A stretch of DNA of 64,000 bases from Nitrospirales bacterium (GTDB lineage Bacteria > Nitrospirota > Nitrospiria > Nitrospirales > UBA8639). Below the pieces are notes generated by a model. That model was not told the DNA's origin, searched no databases, and saw only the letters and a program-made list of their open reading frames with translations. Each line of letters begins with the position of its first letter. Positions within the stretch are counted from its first letter, which is position 1. Positions 8,856 through 19,823 of the stretch are shown here, one piece after another. The stretch is from the NCBI GenBank assembly GCA_965223295.1, contig CBDCWC010000002.1, positions 832,001 to 896,000 on the forward strand, in the 5' to 3' direction. The position numbers were made by a program, and so were the translations under genes.

Positions 8856-10367
8856 TTACATCGGGCCATCCGGCAACACATCTTTTAACCCAATGTATTT
8901 CCTTATTCTAAGCATGCTCTCGACTTGTTTAGCGCCTCCTTCTCTGGCATTTTCAATAGCCATTTCATACTCTAAATAGCTATCAACAACACCGGAAAGG
9001 GTCGCCACCCCTTGCTTGACCGAGACCTCCACTTCATCACTGTCCACATAAGGGCTCCACCATAATTCATTTTCAATGTCTCGTTTAATAATAGAATCTG
9101 GTCTCCATGTCCAACTGTCTTTAACGATTAAATTATTTTTGATCTCTACGACTCCTGTAACACCTGCGGCTGACTCCTCAGCTTGTTTTTTTTGAAACTC
9201 AGATTCTACCTCACCATGAAGAATGGCTCTGCCAAGGAGGACAAATACACCTATATTGAGACTATTGACGAAAGGATTATCATGTAAAGCTAATTTGACC
9301 TTTCGGCTCAGTTTCTCATCGCTCATCTCTCCTTCCGGCCTCACTTTCAAGAAATTCTTTACCCATTGAACCCCTCTTGTGTATTTCGCTGCATCTTCAG
9401 CCGCCCTTTTTGCTTTGAGATTACTCACGAGGCCTGTCAAGGTCACGATTCCTTGACGAACGGATATCGTCGGATTAAAAGCCGAAACCCGTGGGTCGTA
9501 TAAGAAGGCCAGCTCCAACGTTTCCTTAATTTCCTCATCACTCCGAAAACCAGTCTCCCTTTTTCGTTGCATGTTTCCTTGTGCCCACGCCTTGACAAAC
9601 AAGAGACTCTCATCTATTTCTTTCACTCCAGCAATACCTGCATCGCGTACCACACGACGCTTTTCAGCCACGCTACCCACCACTCCATCCAATGTGACCA
9701 CACCATCTTTCACAGCTAGAAATACGGACTCTTCATTAACCCAGACATCAGCCTTTAAACGTTTTTGAATTTCTTCAAGAAGAACAGAATCAGAACGGGT
9801 CTCCTTGAGTTCTGTGACCAGGGTGTTTTCAACATCACGCACTCCCCGTACCCCAGAGACCACCCATGCTACCAGTTCCTTCGCTGCCAAAGAGGGAACA
9901 GTCCCCGACAATGTCACGACCCCATCTTGTAATGTTGCAGTAATATCATAAGCATCCGTAACAGGATCCTCTTGTAAGACGCGTCGCATATCTTGCAAAA
10001 TATCTTCATCCGACCGTTGAGAGATCTTCACAGTCAGTCCGTTTATCACACTTTCCACTCCTTTAACCGTTTCAACGAGTTGTGCCGCCCGTTCTTTTGC
10101 CCGATAATGCGGAACATTTCCAACCAGGGTCACGATACCTTGATGGGTGTGGACATCAATTAAGTGGGAGGGAACGCTCTTATCTATAGACAAGGCACTT
10201 TCAGCAGCTTCTGTAATGACTTGATCTGGAAGCATCGCCCTGGACTCCCCTGCTAGTACACTACCCTTACTCAGCAACAAAAATCCGAAAAATAACAGGA
10301 GGCTCATACAATATCGTAGCCGGTGTTGTGCGAACGTACCACTCGAAACTGAATCATTTGCTTTCAT
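8856..10367 (-). CDS. Multi-BON domain protein (about 6 BON domains), exported
   Basis: Repeated D..I...I...L...V.V..G.VTL.G.V......K..A...A..V.GV..V.N.L units and a signal peptide. Start placed at ATG 10367 after GAGGAG. Confidence 0.9.
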   Translation of the reverse strand: MKANDSVSSGTFAQHRLRYCMSLLLFFGFLLLSKGSVLAGESRAMLPDQVITEAAESALSIDKSVPSHLIDVHTHQGIVTLVGNVPHYRAKERAAQLVETVKGVESVINGLTVKISQRSDEDILQDMRRVLQEDPVTDAYDITATLQDGVVTLSGTVPSLAAKELVAWVVSGVRGVRDVENTLVTELKETRSDSVLLEEIQKRLKADVWVNEESVFLAVKDGVVTLDGVVGSVAEKRRVVRDAGIAGVKEIDESLLFVKAWAQGNMQRKRETGFRSDEEIKETLELAFLYDPRVSAFNPTISVRQGIVTLTGLVSNLKAKRAAEDAAKYTRGVQWVKNFLKVRPEGEMSDEKLSRKVKLALHDNPFVNSLNIGVFVLLGRAILHGEVESEFQKKQAEESAAGVTGVVEIKNNLIVKDSWTWRPDSIIKRDIENELWWSPYVDSDEVEVSVKQGVATLSGVVDSYLEYEMAIENAREGGAKQVESMLRIRKYIGLKDVLPDGPM

Positions 10368-10620
10368 AACACTCCTCTTCAATGATTTTTCCGGTTATGG
10401 GTCTAAGCAATGTCAACAAAAATTTTTCTAATATCGGAAACTGCCTAGTTTAATCACCGACCACCTAAGTCAAATTAGCCTCTTATTTCTAAACTTGCAC
10501 TAGACAAAAACAGAAATCGATGACATCTTTTGTCCAGCAAGAAAGGCCTATCCTTCCTTACTACCATCTATTATCAGTTCCCTTGTCGCGGCCTTTCAGA
10601 ACCTTGTTAGAGTATCTATT

Positions 10621-11142
10621 TTACAATCTTAAGTTCCGCTTTATTTGTTCAACAAGCGAGTTCGGTGATGACATAAGATCAAGAGTCAACGCATCTTCAG
10701 GTTCATCCAGCACACTGAGCTGAGATGTCAGAAGGTCTTCTGACATAAAATGCGCATCCCTCTGCAACATGCGAGACCGAATCAAAGACTCGCTCCCCTT
10801 CAAGTGCACAAATACGACGTGAGAGTTACTCTCCGTCAGATAGTCACGGTATGCTTGTTTAAGCGCAGAACATGAAATGACTGCACACTGTGATCTGTTG
10901 ATAAGGCTCTGGATTAATCGCTTTAGCTTTGCAAGCCAGGGCTTGCGGTCTTCATCGTTCAACGGTATTCCATGGCCCATCTGGTTGATGTTGGCTTGAG
11001 AATGGAAATCATCTCCTTCATAAAATGGCCAACCAAGACTTCTGGCCAAGAGGCTGCCGATGGTGGTCTTTCCTGCTCCTGAGACGCCCATTACAATAAT
11101 GATCTGAATACGCGGACTAATAATCTGACAAAATGCTTCCAT
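10621..11142 (-). CDS. gntK: Gluconokinase (GntK/IdnK type)
   Basis: MGVSGAGKTTIG P-loop, EGDDFH..ANI..M..GIPLNDEDR.PWL, SCSALKQAYRD, HFM..DLLTSQ..LDEP. Confidence 0.92.
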   Translation of the reverse strand: MEAFCQIISPRIQIIIVMGVSGAGKTTIGSLLARSLGWPFYEGDDFHSQANINQMGHGIPLNDEDRKPWLAKLKRLIQSLINRSQCAVISCSALKQAYRDYLTESNSHVVFVHLKGSESLIRSRMLQRDAHFMSEDLLTSQLSVLDEPEDALTLDLMSSPNSLVEQIKRNLRL

Positions 11143-11336
11143 GTCAAGAATAGAATGGGCAGTGATATTCCTGTTTCATACGCATACAGTTGATGATAGG
11201 CCTATGACGATACAAGCAATAAGCAACTTATGCCTCTGTAGGTTTATCACTGAATTCATACGGAATAATTTACTTTGAAGAATTTGGTGAAAGTTCTAAG
11301 CTATACCGTCAGACATAAAAGGCATCAATACCCTTA

Positions 11337-11699
11337 TTATCGAGGAAATACCGGGGCATCCTCTTCTGGATTAGTCGGAAGATTTTTAGGATTCACTGCC
11401 ATCTCCGGATCGGTAACTGGAGGAGTAATTCTTATCTCTGGATCAACGACCGGAGGAGAAATCACCGCAGGATGGTCTGTGATACTTTCAAGCAATCCTT
11501 GAGCTTCAGGGTCATTTGGTGAAGGCTGCATGGTTGGTGATTTCTGCTCTCCGCTAGGGTTTTTCTCTTCTGCCTCTTCACCCATTGCAGCACTTGCGAC
11601 AAAAGCCTGTTCAGTTGAAGTACTGCTCTGGTTTGCTGAATTAGCAACGACTGGACCTGTCATCAGAAAAAGTAGTGTAATCGGAAAAATGAATTTCAT
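11337..11699 (-). CDS. Hypothetical secreted Pro-rich protein
   Basis: Signal peptide MKFIFPITLLFLMTGPVVA after an AAGGAG RBS; tandem (I)xPPVxDPE repeats. Confidence 0.65.
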   Translation of the reverse strand: MKFIFPITLLFLMTGPVVANSANQSSTSTEQAFVASAAMGEEAEEKNPSGEQKSPTMQPSPNDPEAQGLLESITDHPAVISPPVVDPEIRITPPVTDPEMAVNPKNLPTNPEEDAPVFPR

Positions 11700-11864
11700 G
11701 ATTTTCTCCTTATGGTTCGGGTTACCAAGACAAAAAGAATGCATTAACGCATCTGTTTAACAGCATCGTGTTTTCCAAACTTCGAGCAATGGATTTTCCA
11801 GCCCCCCCTTAGGACTCGTTTTTTTTCCTTTAACCTGAGCATACGGACACATGTTGTTCAATCA

Positions 11865-12665
11865 CTATAATTGCGGAAGGCGATACGATACCCCTGCTGC
11901 AACAAACCAATCGGTGGCTGCATCTGTGAGGGCTGGGCCACCAGATACATCCAACTGTACAGTCGGCAGCACAAGATACGTAAAGCCCGCATCAAATCCA
12001 TGGGTAGCTGGACCATTCATATTTCCAAAAACTTCCGCAAATGTTGATAACTTTTCAGTCATTGCTAAGCCTAATGCCGTGGTATAGAGCCCAATAATAT
12101 CATTCAGCCCATCTTTCCACGCCGCCCCAAGATTCACTTCTATACTCACATGTTCTGAGAGTGCATAATTGGCTGCGACTTTAAAATCGGGCGTGAGATC
12201 GTCTGGATGTAGCCTTTTGCTTCCAAATGGAAAGGTAAGATTCCCAAAAACCGCGGTCTGAGGCATCCATTGGTCCTCGTTAGTCAACTGAAATTTGGTC
12301 CCGATGATTGGGGCACTCACTCCTTGATCCCGGTCGTCCTGATTGCCCGAACTCGTCTTCTCATACACATATTCTCCTCCCAACAGTCTCAACTCCATCG
12401 CATCAAGAACGCCAATTCTGATCAACGTATTGGGCACCGAAACCGTCGTGATTCGCTCAAGGGGTGCGCGTGTCCTATCATGATTAACGGTAACGCCACC
12501 TTCAAGCTGAATATAGCCTGGTGGAACAAGATAGGCTGTGTCACCGACACCAGGCCGATCAGTCGTAAAAGCTAGCTCGTGAGATTCTTGGGCAGTAATC
12601 TGTGCGGTACTAATAAATGTGAAGAGACCTACAGAAACCATGATATATCGCAAAGGGAACGGCAA
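11865..12665 (-). CDS. Outer-membrane 'transporter' beta-barrel (Phenol_MetA_deg-like)
   Basis: TDRPG...VPPGYIQLEGG...LIRIGV...ELRL...QLDVSGG...DWFVAAGVSYRL. Confidence 0.8.
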   Translation of the reverse strand: MPFPLRYIMVSVGLFTFISTAQITAQESHELAFTTDRPGVGDTAYLVPPGYIQLEGGVTVNHDRTRAPLERITTVSVPNTLIRIGVLDAMELRLLGGEYVYEKTSSGNQDDRDQGVSAPIIGTKFQLTNEDQWMPQTAVFGNLTFPFGSKRLHPDDLTPDFKVAANYALSEHVSIEVNLGAAWKDGLNDIIGLYTTALGLAMTEKLSTFAEVFGNMNGPATHGFDAGFTYLVLPTVQLDVSGGPALTDAATDWFVAAGVSYRLPQL

Positions 12666-12728
12666 GACTTTTCCCCTTATTTAGATGATTGATCGATTTC
12701 ATAACACCTTTCGATTCTCTGAAACCTC

Positions 12729-13247
12729 CTATTGACCAGGCCACGGCAAAATCGGAATCGTCGAAATCGAATTTTTGGGCGAACCTTCAACGACTTTATC
12801 GCTATACACGAGGTAAATGAGTGTATTGCGTTTCTTGTCGAAAAATCTCACCACTTGCAATTTTTTAAAAATCAATGATCGACTTTCCCTGAATACCTGC
12901 TCCCCTTCTTCCAGCTCATTCTTTATACGAACAGGTCCGACTTGACGACAAGCAATAGAGGCATCCGAACTGTCTTCGGCCACCCCAATCATGCCTTTTA
13001 ATCCGCCTGTTTTTGATCGACTGAGGTGACATGTTACGCCTTCTATCTTCGGGTCATCGAAGGCTTCGATCACGATTTTATGATCAGGTCCAAGGAAATT
13101 GAACTTCGTGTCCACGCTTCCTATTTCCTCACTATGACTTATGGACACCATTAGTACAAACACGAACAATACATTGACCATGCATTTCATGCTCATTGAA
13201 ATCCTTCTATAATGGTGGATACCCACAACTATTAAAGATTGGACCAT
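12729..13247 (-). CDS. creA: CreA family protein
   Basis: [10 protein letters not shown]...[28 protein letters not shown]...[16 protein letters not shown]...[11 protein letters not shown]...GSPKNSIS. True start probably further downstream. Confidence 0.92.
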   Translation of the reverse strand: MVQSLIVVGIHHYRRISMSMKCMVNVLFVFVLMVSISHSEEIGSVDTKFNFLGPDHKIVIEAFDDPKIEGVTCHLSRSKTGGLKGMIGVAEDSSDASIACRQVGPVRIKNELEEGEQVFRESRSLIFKKLQVVRFFDKKRNTLIYLVYSDKVVEGSPKNSISTIPILPWPGQ

Positions 13248-13365
13248 AACAATGTATCAGGAGATCCCCTAGTTTGAACTAGACAAATTCTGAATCCCCT
13301 TGACAAAAAATACAATGTTATATCTTTTACAGATGATAAAACACTCTTGAATTTGCTCAGGTCAA

Positions 13366-13575
13366 TTAAGAAGTTAATGAAATAGCTTCTCCTATGTCCT
13401 TGACCTGAGGCACAGGTGGTACAGGTTGAGGAGGATGAGGTACTGGTTGAGGAGTAGGATTGGGCACTGGAGGACCGGGATCCGGAAAAGGAGGCGGGGT
13501 TGGATCAGGTAATGGTGATAGACGGTTTGGCCGTGATTCAGATTTAGTATGATAAAATTGGTGGTATATTTTCAT
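13366..13575 (-). CDS. Small proline-rich hypothetical protein
   Basis: GGAGG RBS; PDPTPPPFPDPGPPVPNPTPQPVPHPPQPVPPVP tract. Confidence 0.5.
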   Translation of the reverse strand: MKIYHQFYHTKSESRPNRLSPLPDPTPPPFPDPGPPVPNPTPQPVPHPPQPVPPVPQVKDIGEAISLTS

Positions 13576-13607
13576 GCCTTTCCTCCATCGACATTTAAGT
13601 TAATCTA

Positions 13608-14122
13608 TTATGCTTCTCCTCGTGCTGGGTAGTTGTTCTCAGAAACCCAATCCACTGCAGACAGAAGATCCTTGAAGCTTGGCCTAGCAAAAGGCATACT
13701 ATTGATGGCAGCATAGTAGAGTTCCCTAGTAGGCTGAATAAGAAACACTCCGGGTTCACCAAACTGTGTTGGCTCAGATACAGTAATGCTATTTGATACA
13801 TAGAGGCCCCACTCACGCATTGAATCAATACTTTGACCATATCCAATAGTGAGTACGTTGAGTCCCCATTCATTCATAGATGTTTGTGCGCGTTCACTGG
13901 CATCACCGCTCACGACGATGACCTCTATTCCGCGCTGCCAAAAATCCTTTATATAGCGTTCAAGATCTTTAAGATAGGTCTTGCAAATTGGGCAATGTAG
14001 GCCGCGATAGAATACGATTATCGTAAACAATTGGGGGCTTTGCATAGACAACGTCCATGCACCACTAGGGAGAGTTTCTACTTTTAAGTCAGGTGTTTTT
14101 TTCGCGGCATTAAATGAAACAT
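13608..14122 (-). CDS. AhpC/TSA peroxiredoxin-like redoxin; probable 1-nt frameshift near the 5' end
   Basis: FYRGLHCPICKTYL, FGEPGVFLI.P, SMPFARPSF motifs. The RBS-preceded ATG at 14122 (MFHLMPRKK) is out of frame with the body at an A7 run (14096-14102). Confidence 0.8.
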
Positions 14123-14334
14123 GGTTTATTCCTTTGATAACCAAATTCACCCTTACAGTGTTGGAATCTTTAACAAATGGTCTGCGCAATAATGGGAACA
14201 CCATACAAAGCATGATGAAACACCCGCCAGCGATTCCAGATCTTTGTTGTCGGGCAAACTACACAATAGAAGATGAGGAAAAGTCACGAATCAGGCCATG
14301 AATCTAGTAGTCGACTAGTAGCCATATAGGTGTT

Positions 14335-14982
14335 TTAAAAATGTAAATTAATCCCAATTGTAACCATATGGCTTTTATCACTAAATTGATCTCCGAAGGT
14401 TCGTTCTTTGCTTCCTCCTGCCCGATCATCGAATAAAATATAACGATACGATCCATCGACGGAAAGATCATCCGTTACCATGAGTTGTATTCCACCACCT
14501 ACGTGCGGGGCAAAACGTTTATCAGTATCATCATCGGCATTCTCTCGAGCGATATGAGAGTAGTACCAACCTCCACCTCCCAGTATAAATGGGCTTAAGC
14601 GTTTTCCGGGCAAAAGATACAAAAGCCCAGAAACTTGAACAGGGAAATAGTCTTCACGGGACGATGAAGCAAAGTCGGTAGTCCTGTAATCCGTCGAACC
14701 CTCAACTGCAAACACGGGTAGGAGATGAACACGCACTTGTGCCCCACCAAACCAATTTCCATCAACACCTTTGGGATCAAAATACGTTGCTCGGCCACCA
14801 ATGGAAAGAAAACCTTTGTCCACATCATCGAAAATCTGTGCCAAGGCTGGCTGAGTCATCAAAAATAAAACAGCCATAAGGATCAAACATAGGAAACCCT
14901 TGATTGAACCTATTGAATACTTCATTAGTGTGGCTGGCAACTGTCTATTTATTTGGTTTTTCATGTATGAATATATCTTCAT
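14335..14982 (-). CDS. Outer-membrane beta-barrel protein (OmpA/OmpW-like)
   Basis: Signal peptide, LSPFILGGGGWY, HVGGGIQL...DGSYRYI, and a C-terminal Phe (GINLHF). Confidence 0.8.
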   Translation of the reverse strand: MKIYSYMKNQINRQLPATLMKYSIGSIKGFLCLILMAVLFLMTQPALAQIFDDVDKGFLSIGGRATYFDPKGVDGNWFGGAQVRVHLLPVFAVEGSTDYRTTDFASSSREDYFPVQVSGLLYLLPGKRLSPFILGGGGWYYSHIARENADDDTDKRFAPHVGGGIQLMVTDDLSVDGSYRYILFDDRAGGSKERTFGDQFSDKSHMVTIGINLHF

Positions 14983-15249
14983 GCAATAACCCTATTGTAT
15001 GTATATCTGTAAAAAAATATGAGGCATAGGCATCTGCTTATTAAGAATGTTGCATATCACTTCTAACATCCATGCTATGGCAATTCATTTTTCATATGAT
15101 TGCAGGGCTGCCTTCTTGCTGCAAGATTATCTTCAACAACTGACTATGAGTTTATTTGAAAGTTAGGATGGGGGCTCTCCCCTGACCCTCTTCATTAGAC
15201 AAGAGAGCCAGGAAGACCCTTTAACCATTTGTTTGAGTAAATCAATAGA

Positions 15250-15597
15250 TTAGTGTTGCCCTTTTTGGCTTCCACTCTGATGCGATTGAGTTTTACTTTC
15301 AGCCGCAATGTCTTTTTTATTCTTAAGCTTTTCAGGATCAGTTGGATTTTTTTTCGCTTCAACTTCATCCATTTTCGTCAATTGATCGGACCGATTTCCA
15401 GGACCACTTCCACCTGGAAGAGATTTTTCTCCTGATGGAGCACTACGTTGAATGTTCTCCGGCACGTTTTCGGATGCCTTTTCCGCAGCCTTCTGACCTT
15501 CACCGGCAAACACTAAAGAAGTTTGAAACATTGTTCCTGTACCAGCCATCAAGCCGAATACAGATGCGACAATAATCGCAGTTTTCATTTTACCCAT
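15250..15597 (-). CDS. Hypothetical secreted hydrophilic protein
   Basis: GAGGAGG RBS before MGKMKTAII; signal peptide, then a K/E/S/Q-rich low-complexity mature part. Confidence 0.7.
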   Translation of the reverse strand: MGKMKTAIIVASVFGLMAGTGTMFQTSLVFAGEGQKAAEKASENVPENIQRSAPSGEKSLPGGSGPGNRSDQLTKMDEVEAKKNPTDPEKLKNKKDIAAESKTQSHQSGSQKGQH

Positions 15598-15833
15598 GAG
15601 AACCTCCTCGTTATTGAACGTTGACATTAAGGCTTCTCGATTGAAAGCCTTACGAATGAATGTTGTTAAACTTATATCCATTCTCAACGGCTGGCCACAA
15701 TGGACAAAAACCATTATAGAGCTTATGAAATGTCCACTATTTAATGAAAGGACTTAACCTAGAGAGTAATTTAGACAATCTAGAGGATTGGACTTAGCTG
15801 AAAGGTTTACGCAGTCCAGAAAAAGTGGGACTT

Positions 15834-16238
15834 TTAGAGACATTCCAAACAGGTGCGCGAAGAATTGATTAACGCCTTGTTGATTTGAGCAAGAAAATCC
15901 TTTCGAGAGTAAGGTTTTTCCATAACAGCATATGCGCCTAGTTGTAGTGCTTCTTCACAAAATTCTTCAGAAAACAATCCGGTCACCATAATGACAGGAA
16001 TATCACGAAACATCGGGGTTTTCATCAAATTGCCCAGAAGCATGAGCCCATTCATTACTGGCATTTGATAATCTGTCACAATCAAATCGAAACTATAGAT
16101 GTGAAGTAAATCTATAGCCTCCTTGCCATCACCCGCCTCTTTACAGCTAAACCCATGAAATTCAAGAAAATCTCGAAGAATAATGCGAACATCTTGATCA
16201 TCGTCGACTATTAATATTCGTTTTTGAGAAAATTTCAT
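15834..16238 (-). CDS. Single-domain response regulator (CheY-like receiver)
   Basis: ILIVDDD...DLIVTDYQMPVMNG...PVIMVTG...GAYAVMEKP. Confidence 0.92.
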   Translation of the reverse strand: MKFSQKRILIVDDDQDVRIILRDFLEFHGFSCKEAGDGKEAIDLLHIYSFDLIVTDYQMPVMNGLMLLGNLMKTPMFRDIPVIMVTGLFSEEFCEEALQLGAYAVMEKPYSRKDFLAQINKALINSSRTCLECL

Positions 16239-16596
16239 ATCTTTTTCCTTTGCTTGACAGTTTCATAAAAATTCTTCCCATCACGTCGTTCTCTTCATTG
16301 TATGGACCTTGAGGGTAGAAGACAGTAGACAAGTTACGCTCTCGGCACCCTGAAATGTCTAAATAAGAAAAACCTCAATCCACTCATGCATACAATGAAT
16401 GATGTCCCACAAATGTTATTTAAAAAAACTCAGAGGGAACAACTGAAAGGTCGAAAGATCAGTTTAGCTAGGGCAAAAAACTAAGTCTGGTCGGTGAGAA
16501 CAACAGGATCGTATTGACTCAATATGTCAAGCGAGGGAGAAGTGCGATTGGCAGATTTTTTCCATTTGCAAATTCCTAATATTCATGTCTCAGTCT

Positions 16597-16968
16597 TTAA
16601 GTATTTTCTATTCCCAAGTAACTCTTTAACCAATGCCATTCAAATTTTTCAGGGTGCTCTACATAGTCATGAGGATTATCGATCACATGCTGAAGATACG
16701 TATCTTTGAGTTTCCACACCAGCTCAGAATCTTCTTTATTATGAGACACCACATCAAATGTGCCCGCATTTAGGCGAATAGTATAATGATCGATCGGAAT
16801 CGTGGCATCTTCCCTATAGACTTCTATTCCAATAATTTTGTCTCCTAACATTTTTTCACCCAGTTCCAGAATCTGCTTATAAATGAGTGTCTCTCGGTGC
16901 TTGCTAAGAGCAACATTAAAGGTATTAATATATTGCAAGAATAATGTTTTTGTGTCCTCTTGAGTCAC
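16597..16968 (-). CDS. Hypothetical protein, translationally coupled to trkA
   Basis: 123-aa ORF with a 4-nt overlap with the trkA stop. Confidence 0.7.
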   Translation of the reverse strand: MTQEDTKTLFLQYINTFNVALSKHRETLIYKQILELGEKMLGDKIIGIEVYREDATIPIDHYTIRLNAGTFDVVSHNKEDSELVWKLKDTYLQHVIDNPHDYVEHPEKFEWHWLKSYLGIENT

Positions 16969-17690
16969 GACTCTACCTCCTCATTCGACGTCGAGCCTTC
17001 GTCTCTCTTTTTCTTTTTTTCTGCAGTAGAATGATCCTTTGCTTGTTTCGGCATCCAACGATCTTTTAATGTCTGTAAGTGTTTGCTATGAGTAAGAATG
17101 ATAACTTCATCTCCTGTTTTCAATGTCGTTTCCTCATTTGCAAAATTAAATCGGTCATCTCGATAATAGCAAATCACACGACTTTCTTCAGGAAGCTCAA
17201 GCTTTGCGATCGTTACAGCATCCTCTTTCTCCACGACAAACGAAAAAAACCTCGCTTCGTCCTTAAGAACTGTGGATAATTCGACCGTATCAAGACCTCG
17301 AACCATATTCTGAAGATGGCGGCTAGTCGTGCGTGCTGGAACGATGGTTTCTTCCAGTCCAAGCTCACGGCAAATCTCCTCAAAATCCGGGTTTTCAATC
17401 GCGGTCACAACACGTGTAAAACCCATTGATCGGCCTACAAGACTCGCGATCAAATTGGCCTGATCATTATCAGCAAGACAAAACAGCATATCGGTCTGTT
17501 CAGGACCAACTTCGAGAAGAATGGCTGGCTTTCCACCGTCACCATGCAAAAAGCTGCAGTCTAATTCCTCTGAGAGTCGATCAATTTTCTCTCGATTGGA
17601 CTCGATAATGATCACCTCATGCTTCTGCTCAATGAGTGCTTTTGCGGTCATCACGGTCACGACACCAGCGCCAACAAAGGCAATTCTCAT
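16965..17690 (-). CDS. trkA: Trk potassium uptake NAD-binding subunit
   Basis: N-terminal GAGVV Rossmann-like motif, LHGDG, DNDQANL, and an RCK-C-like tail. Confidence 0.9.
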   Translation of the reverse strand: MRIAFVGAGVVTVMTAKALIEQKHEVIIIESNREKIDRLSEELDCSFLHGDGGKPAILLEVGPEQTDMLFCLADNDQANLIASLVGRSMGFTRVVTAIENPDFEEICRELGLEETIVPARTTSRHLQNMVRGLDTVELSTVLKDEARFFSFVVEKEDAVTIAKLELPEESRVICYYRDDRFNFANEETTLKTGDEVIILTHSKHLQTLKDRWMPKQAKDHSTAEKKKKRDEGSTSNEEVES

Positions 17691-19153
17691 CGTTCCTCCG
17701 ATCTTCTACCAATCCATGTCCCTGGAAAGAACAGGATCAACCACGCTAAAATTTCAAGTCTTCCCATAAGCATATCAACACACAGAACGCCTTTGAGCAT
17801 GGCAGGCAGATCCGAGCTCGTGATGCCAGCTGAAAGTCCTGCAGTGCCAGTGGCCGAGACAACCTCAAACAGTGCGTCCAAGGGATCATATCCCATGATG
17901 ACAAAGGGAAACCAGGAAATAAGAACCACAGCTCCGAAAAGAAGAATAAGGGTCAAGGCTTCTCGAATTTGGCTGTCAGATAACCGCTCGCCATGAATCC
18001 GTGGTTCAACCACTGTATGTCTTGGCACACAGATTCGTAAGATGAAAATCTGCAGCAGTCGTAGAAAAATTAAGAGACGGAGAATTTTGAACCCTCCAGC
18101 CGTCGACCCGGTGCCGCCACCAATCATCATAGCTACAATGAGCGTTAGTTTTGATCCGGGGTCGAAGTCTGCGAGATTGTGAGTAGCAAAACCTGCTGTT
18201 GATTGAGCTGAGAACGCCATTAGCGGGGCAGAGTGTAATGAGTCAGAGAACGAAAGTGTATTAGATTGCCACAGACACCACCCCAAAAGAAGTGAGACGA
18301 TCATTCCACTGATCACCAGTGCTCGAAGTTGAACGATATGCATTATCGGGGGATATTTTCTTTGACTCACTACATGATAAAACGCAAGAGGAACTGCTCC
18401 TAACACGCAACTCCCAATCACCCAGGCTTGGGAAGACCAGGCATTGAGCCCCGCGAGACTTCCGTCGTGAGGAGCAAAGCCACCAGTAGAGACCGCGGCA
18501 AAGGTGTAGAGTATTGATGAAAACGGATCAACCCCTAGCAACCATAGCCCGATGATGCCAAAACAGGTCAATCCGCCATACACCATTAGCACTCGGTTCG
18601 TATGCTTCTTCGTTCCGCCAACAAGGTCTTCTTGGTCAGCTTCACTGGCTGATAAGCCTTTCGCGACCAACCCGGGTTCGGCTACGAGGGCAAGCGACAG
18701 CACAACAATACCTAACCCGCCGTACCACTGCATCCACGCACGAGCAAACAAAAAGGTCGAGGATGTTCCCTCTAACGTGGATAGTGTACTCAACCCTGTT
18801 GTGGTCCCACCAGAAATGGCTTCAAAGAAGGCATCCTGAAAACTTAGCCCTGCCGCCATCATCGGATAGGACATAATTAGCGGTGTAAATAAAAACATTA
18901 GAGCAACAAGGACCATGCCTTCGTTCGGTTGAACTCTGGTGGGAACATGCAAGCGACTCAAAAACCCGCCTAGGATTACTAAACTCACGATGATCAGAAT
19001 ATATCTCATGGTGCTCTCAGTATCATGAAACAGAAGAGAAACACTAAATGGCACAAGCGTGAGCCCTGCCAAAACCAAGCACAGTTGTCCAAAATATTTG
19101 AATATCACCCGGAGGCGGACAGCATGTCGCAAAGCCGCAGCTTGCTTGATCAT
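17687..19153 (-). CDS. trkH: Trk potassium uptake membrane subunit
   Basis: FFEAISGGTTTGLS, QWYGGLGIVVL, AVSTGGF, STAGF, GGGTGSTAGGFK, EVVSATGTAGLS, MLMGRLEI. Confidence 0.93.
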   Translation of the reverse strand: MIKQAAALRHAVRLRVIFKYFGQLCLVLAGLTLVPFSVSLLFHDTESTMRYILIIVSLVILGGFLSRLHVPTRVQPNEGMVLVALMFLFTPLIMSYPMMAAGLSFQDAFFEAISGGTTTGLSTLSTLEGTSSTFLFARAWMQWYGGLGIVVLSLALVAEPGLVAKGLSASEADQEDLVGGTKKHTNRVLMVYGGLTCFGIIGLWLLGVDPFSSILYTFAAVSTGGFAPHDGSLAGLNAWSSQAWVIGSCVLGAVPLAFYHVVSQRKYPPIMHIVQLRALVISGMIVSLLLGWCLWQSNTLSFSDSLHSAPLMAFSAQSTAGFATHNLADFDPGSKLTLIVAMMIGGGTGSTAGGFKILRLLIFLRLLQIFILRICVPRHTVVEPRIHGERLSDSQIREALTLILLFGAVVLISWFPFVIMGYDPLDALFEVVSATGTAGLSAGITSSDLPAMLKGVLCVDMLMGRLEILAWLILFFPGTWIGRRSEER

Positions 19154-19615
19154 AGAATCTGCTTTCCCATTTCTTACAGGACTTCCTTATTATGGATCAT
19201 CTGTTCATCCCTAGCCACTTCAAATTCGGGCTATTCCCACTTACTTTGATGATGTGTGTGGTTGTTGTCAAAAGACGCAATACAGACCTAGAGAGAGGAA
19301 AACCATGGCAAAGTCGTGTTCTTGTGAAAGTTGCTTGAGTTAAATCTTGCAGCTTCTTTTCACAGTCTTATGTGGTAGGAAAATGTTTGCGATCGGAGTG
19401 ACAAGAGTGAAAAGAGACTTGATAACTCAAAGAAAGGACATTTCATATCATCTTGAAAATCATTGAGCTTCACTCATAGCAATTGGGGTTCTCAAACACG
19501 ATTTCACGGTAATGATAAGTTTCAAGTATTGCATAGGGTCTCACTAGCATAACGATTAAAAACCCACCGCACCGCCACTTTAGAGATTCATATGAGTAAA
19601 ACTACAGGTATATCC

Positions 19616-19771
19616 CTATACTCGTCCTTTCACAAAACCAACAATCGCAAAGATGAGAAATACAACGAACAGAACCCATGCAATTTGAGTGGCAGCTCCA
19701 GCCACACCAGATAGACCTAAAAGCCCAGCAATAATTGCGATGACCAGAAAAGTGATTGCCCAGTTTAACAT
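19616..19771 (-). CDS. DUF1328 small membrane protein, second copy, 51 aa; not in ORF track
   Basis: [51 protein letters not shown], with an AAGGAGG RBS. Confidence 0.92.
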   Translation of the reverse strand: MLNWAITFLVIAIIAGLLGLSGVAGAATQIAWVLFVVFLIFAIVGFVKGRV

Positions 19772-19823
19772 AATGCCCTCCTTAGTTATGAAATAATTAA
19801 TTTATAAAACAAATTCTAGACAT

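Noticed and set aside
19305-19343. Tiny Cys-rich ORF MAKSCSCESCLS
   Set aside because: Only 12 codons, antisense to the local gene direction, with no supporting homology.
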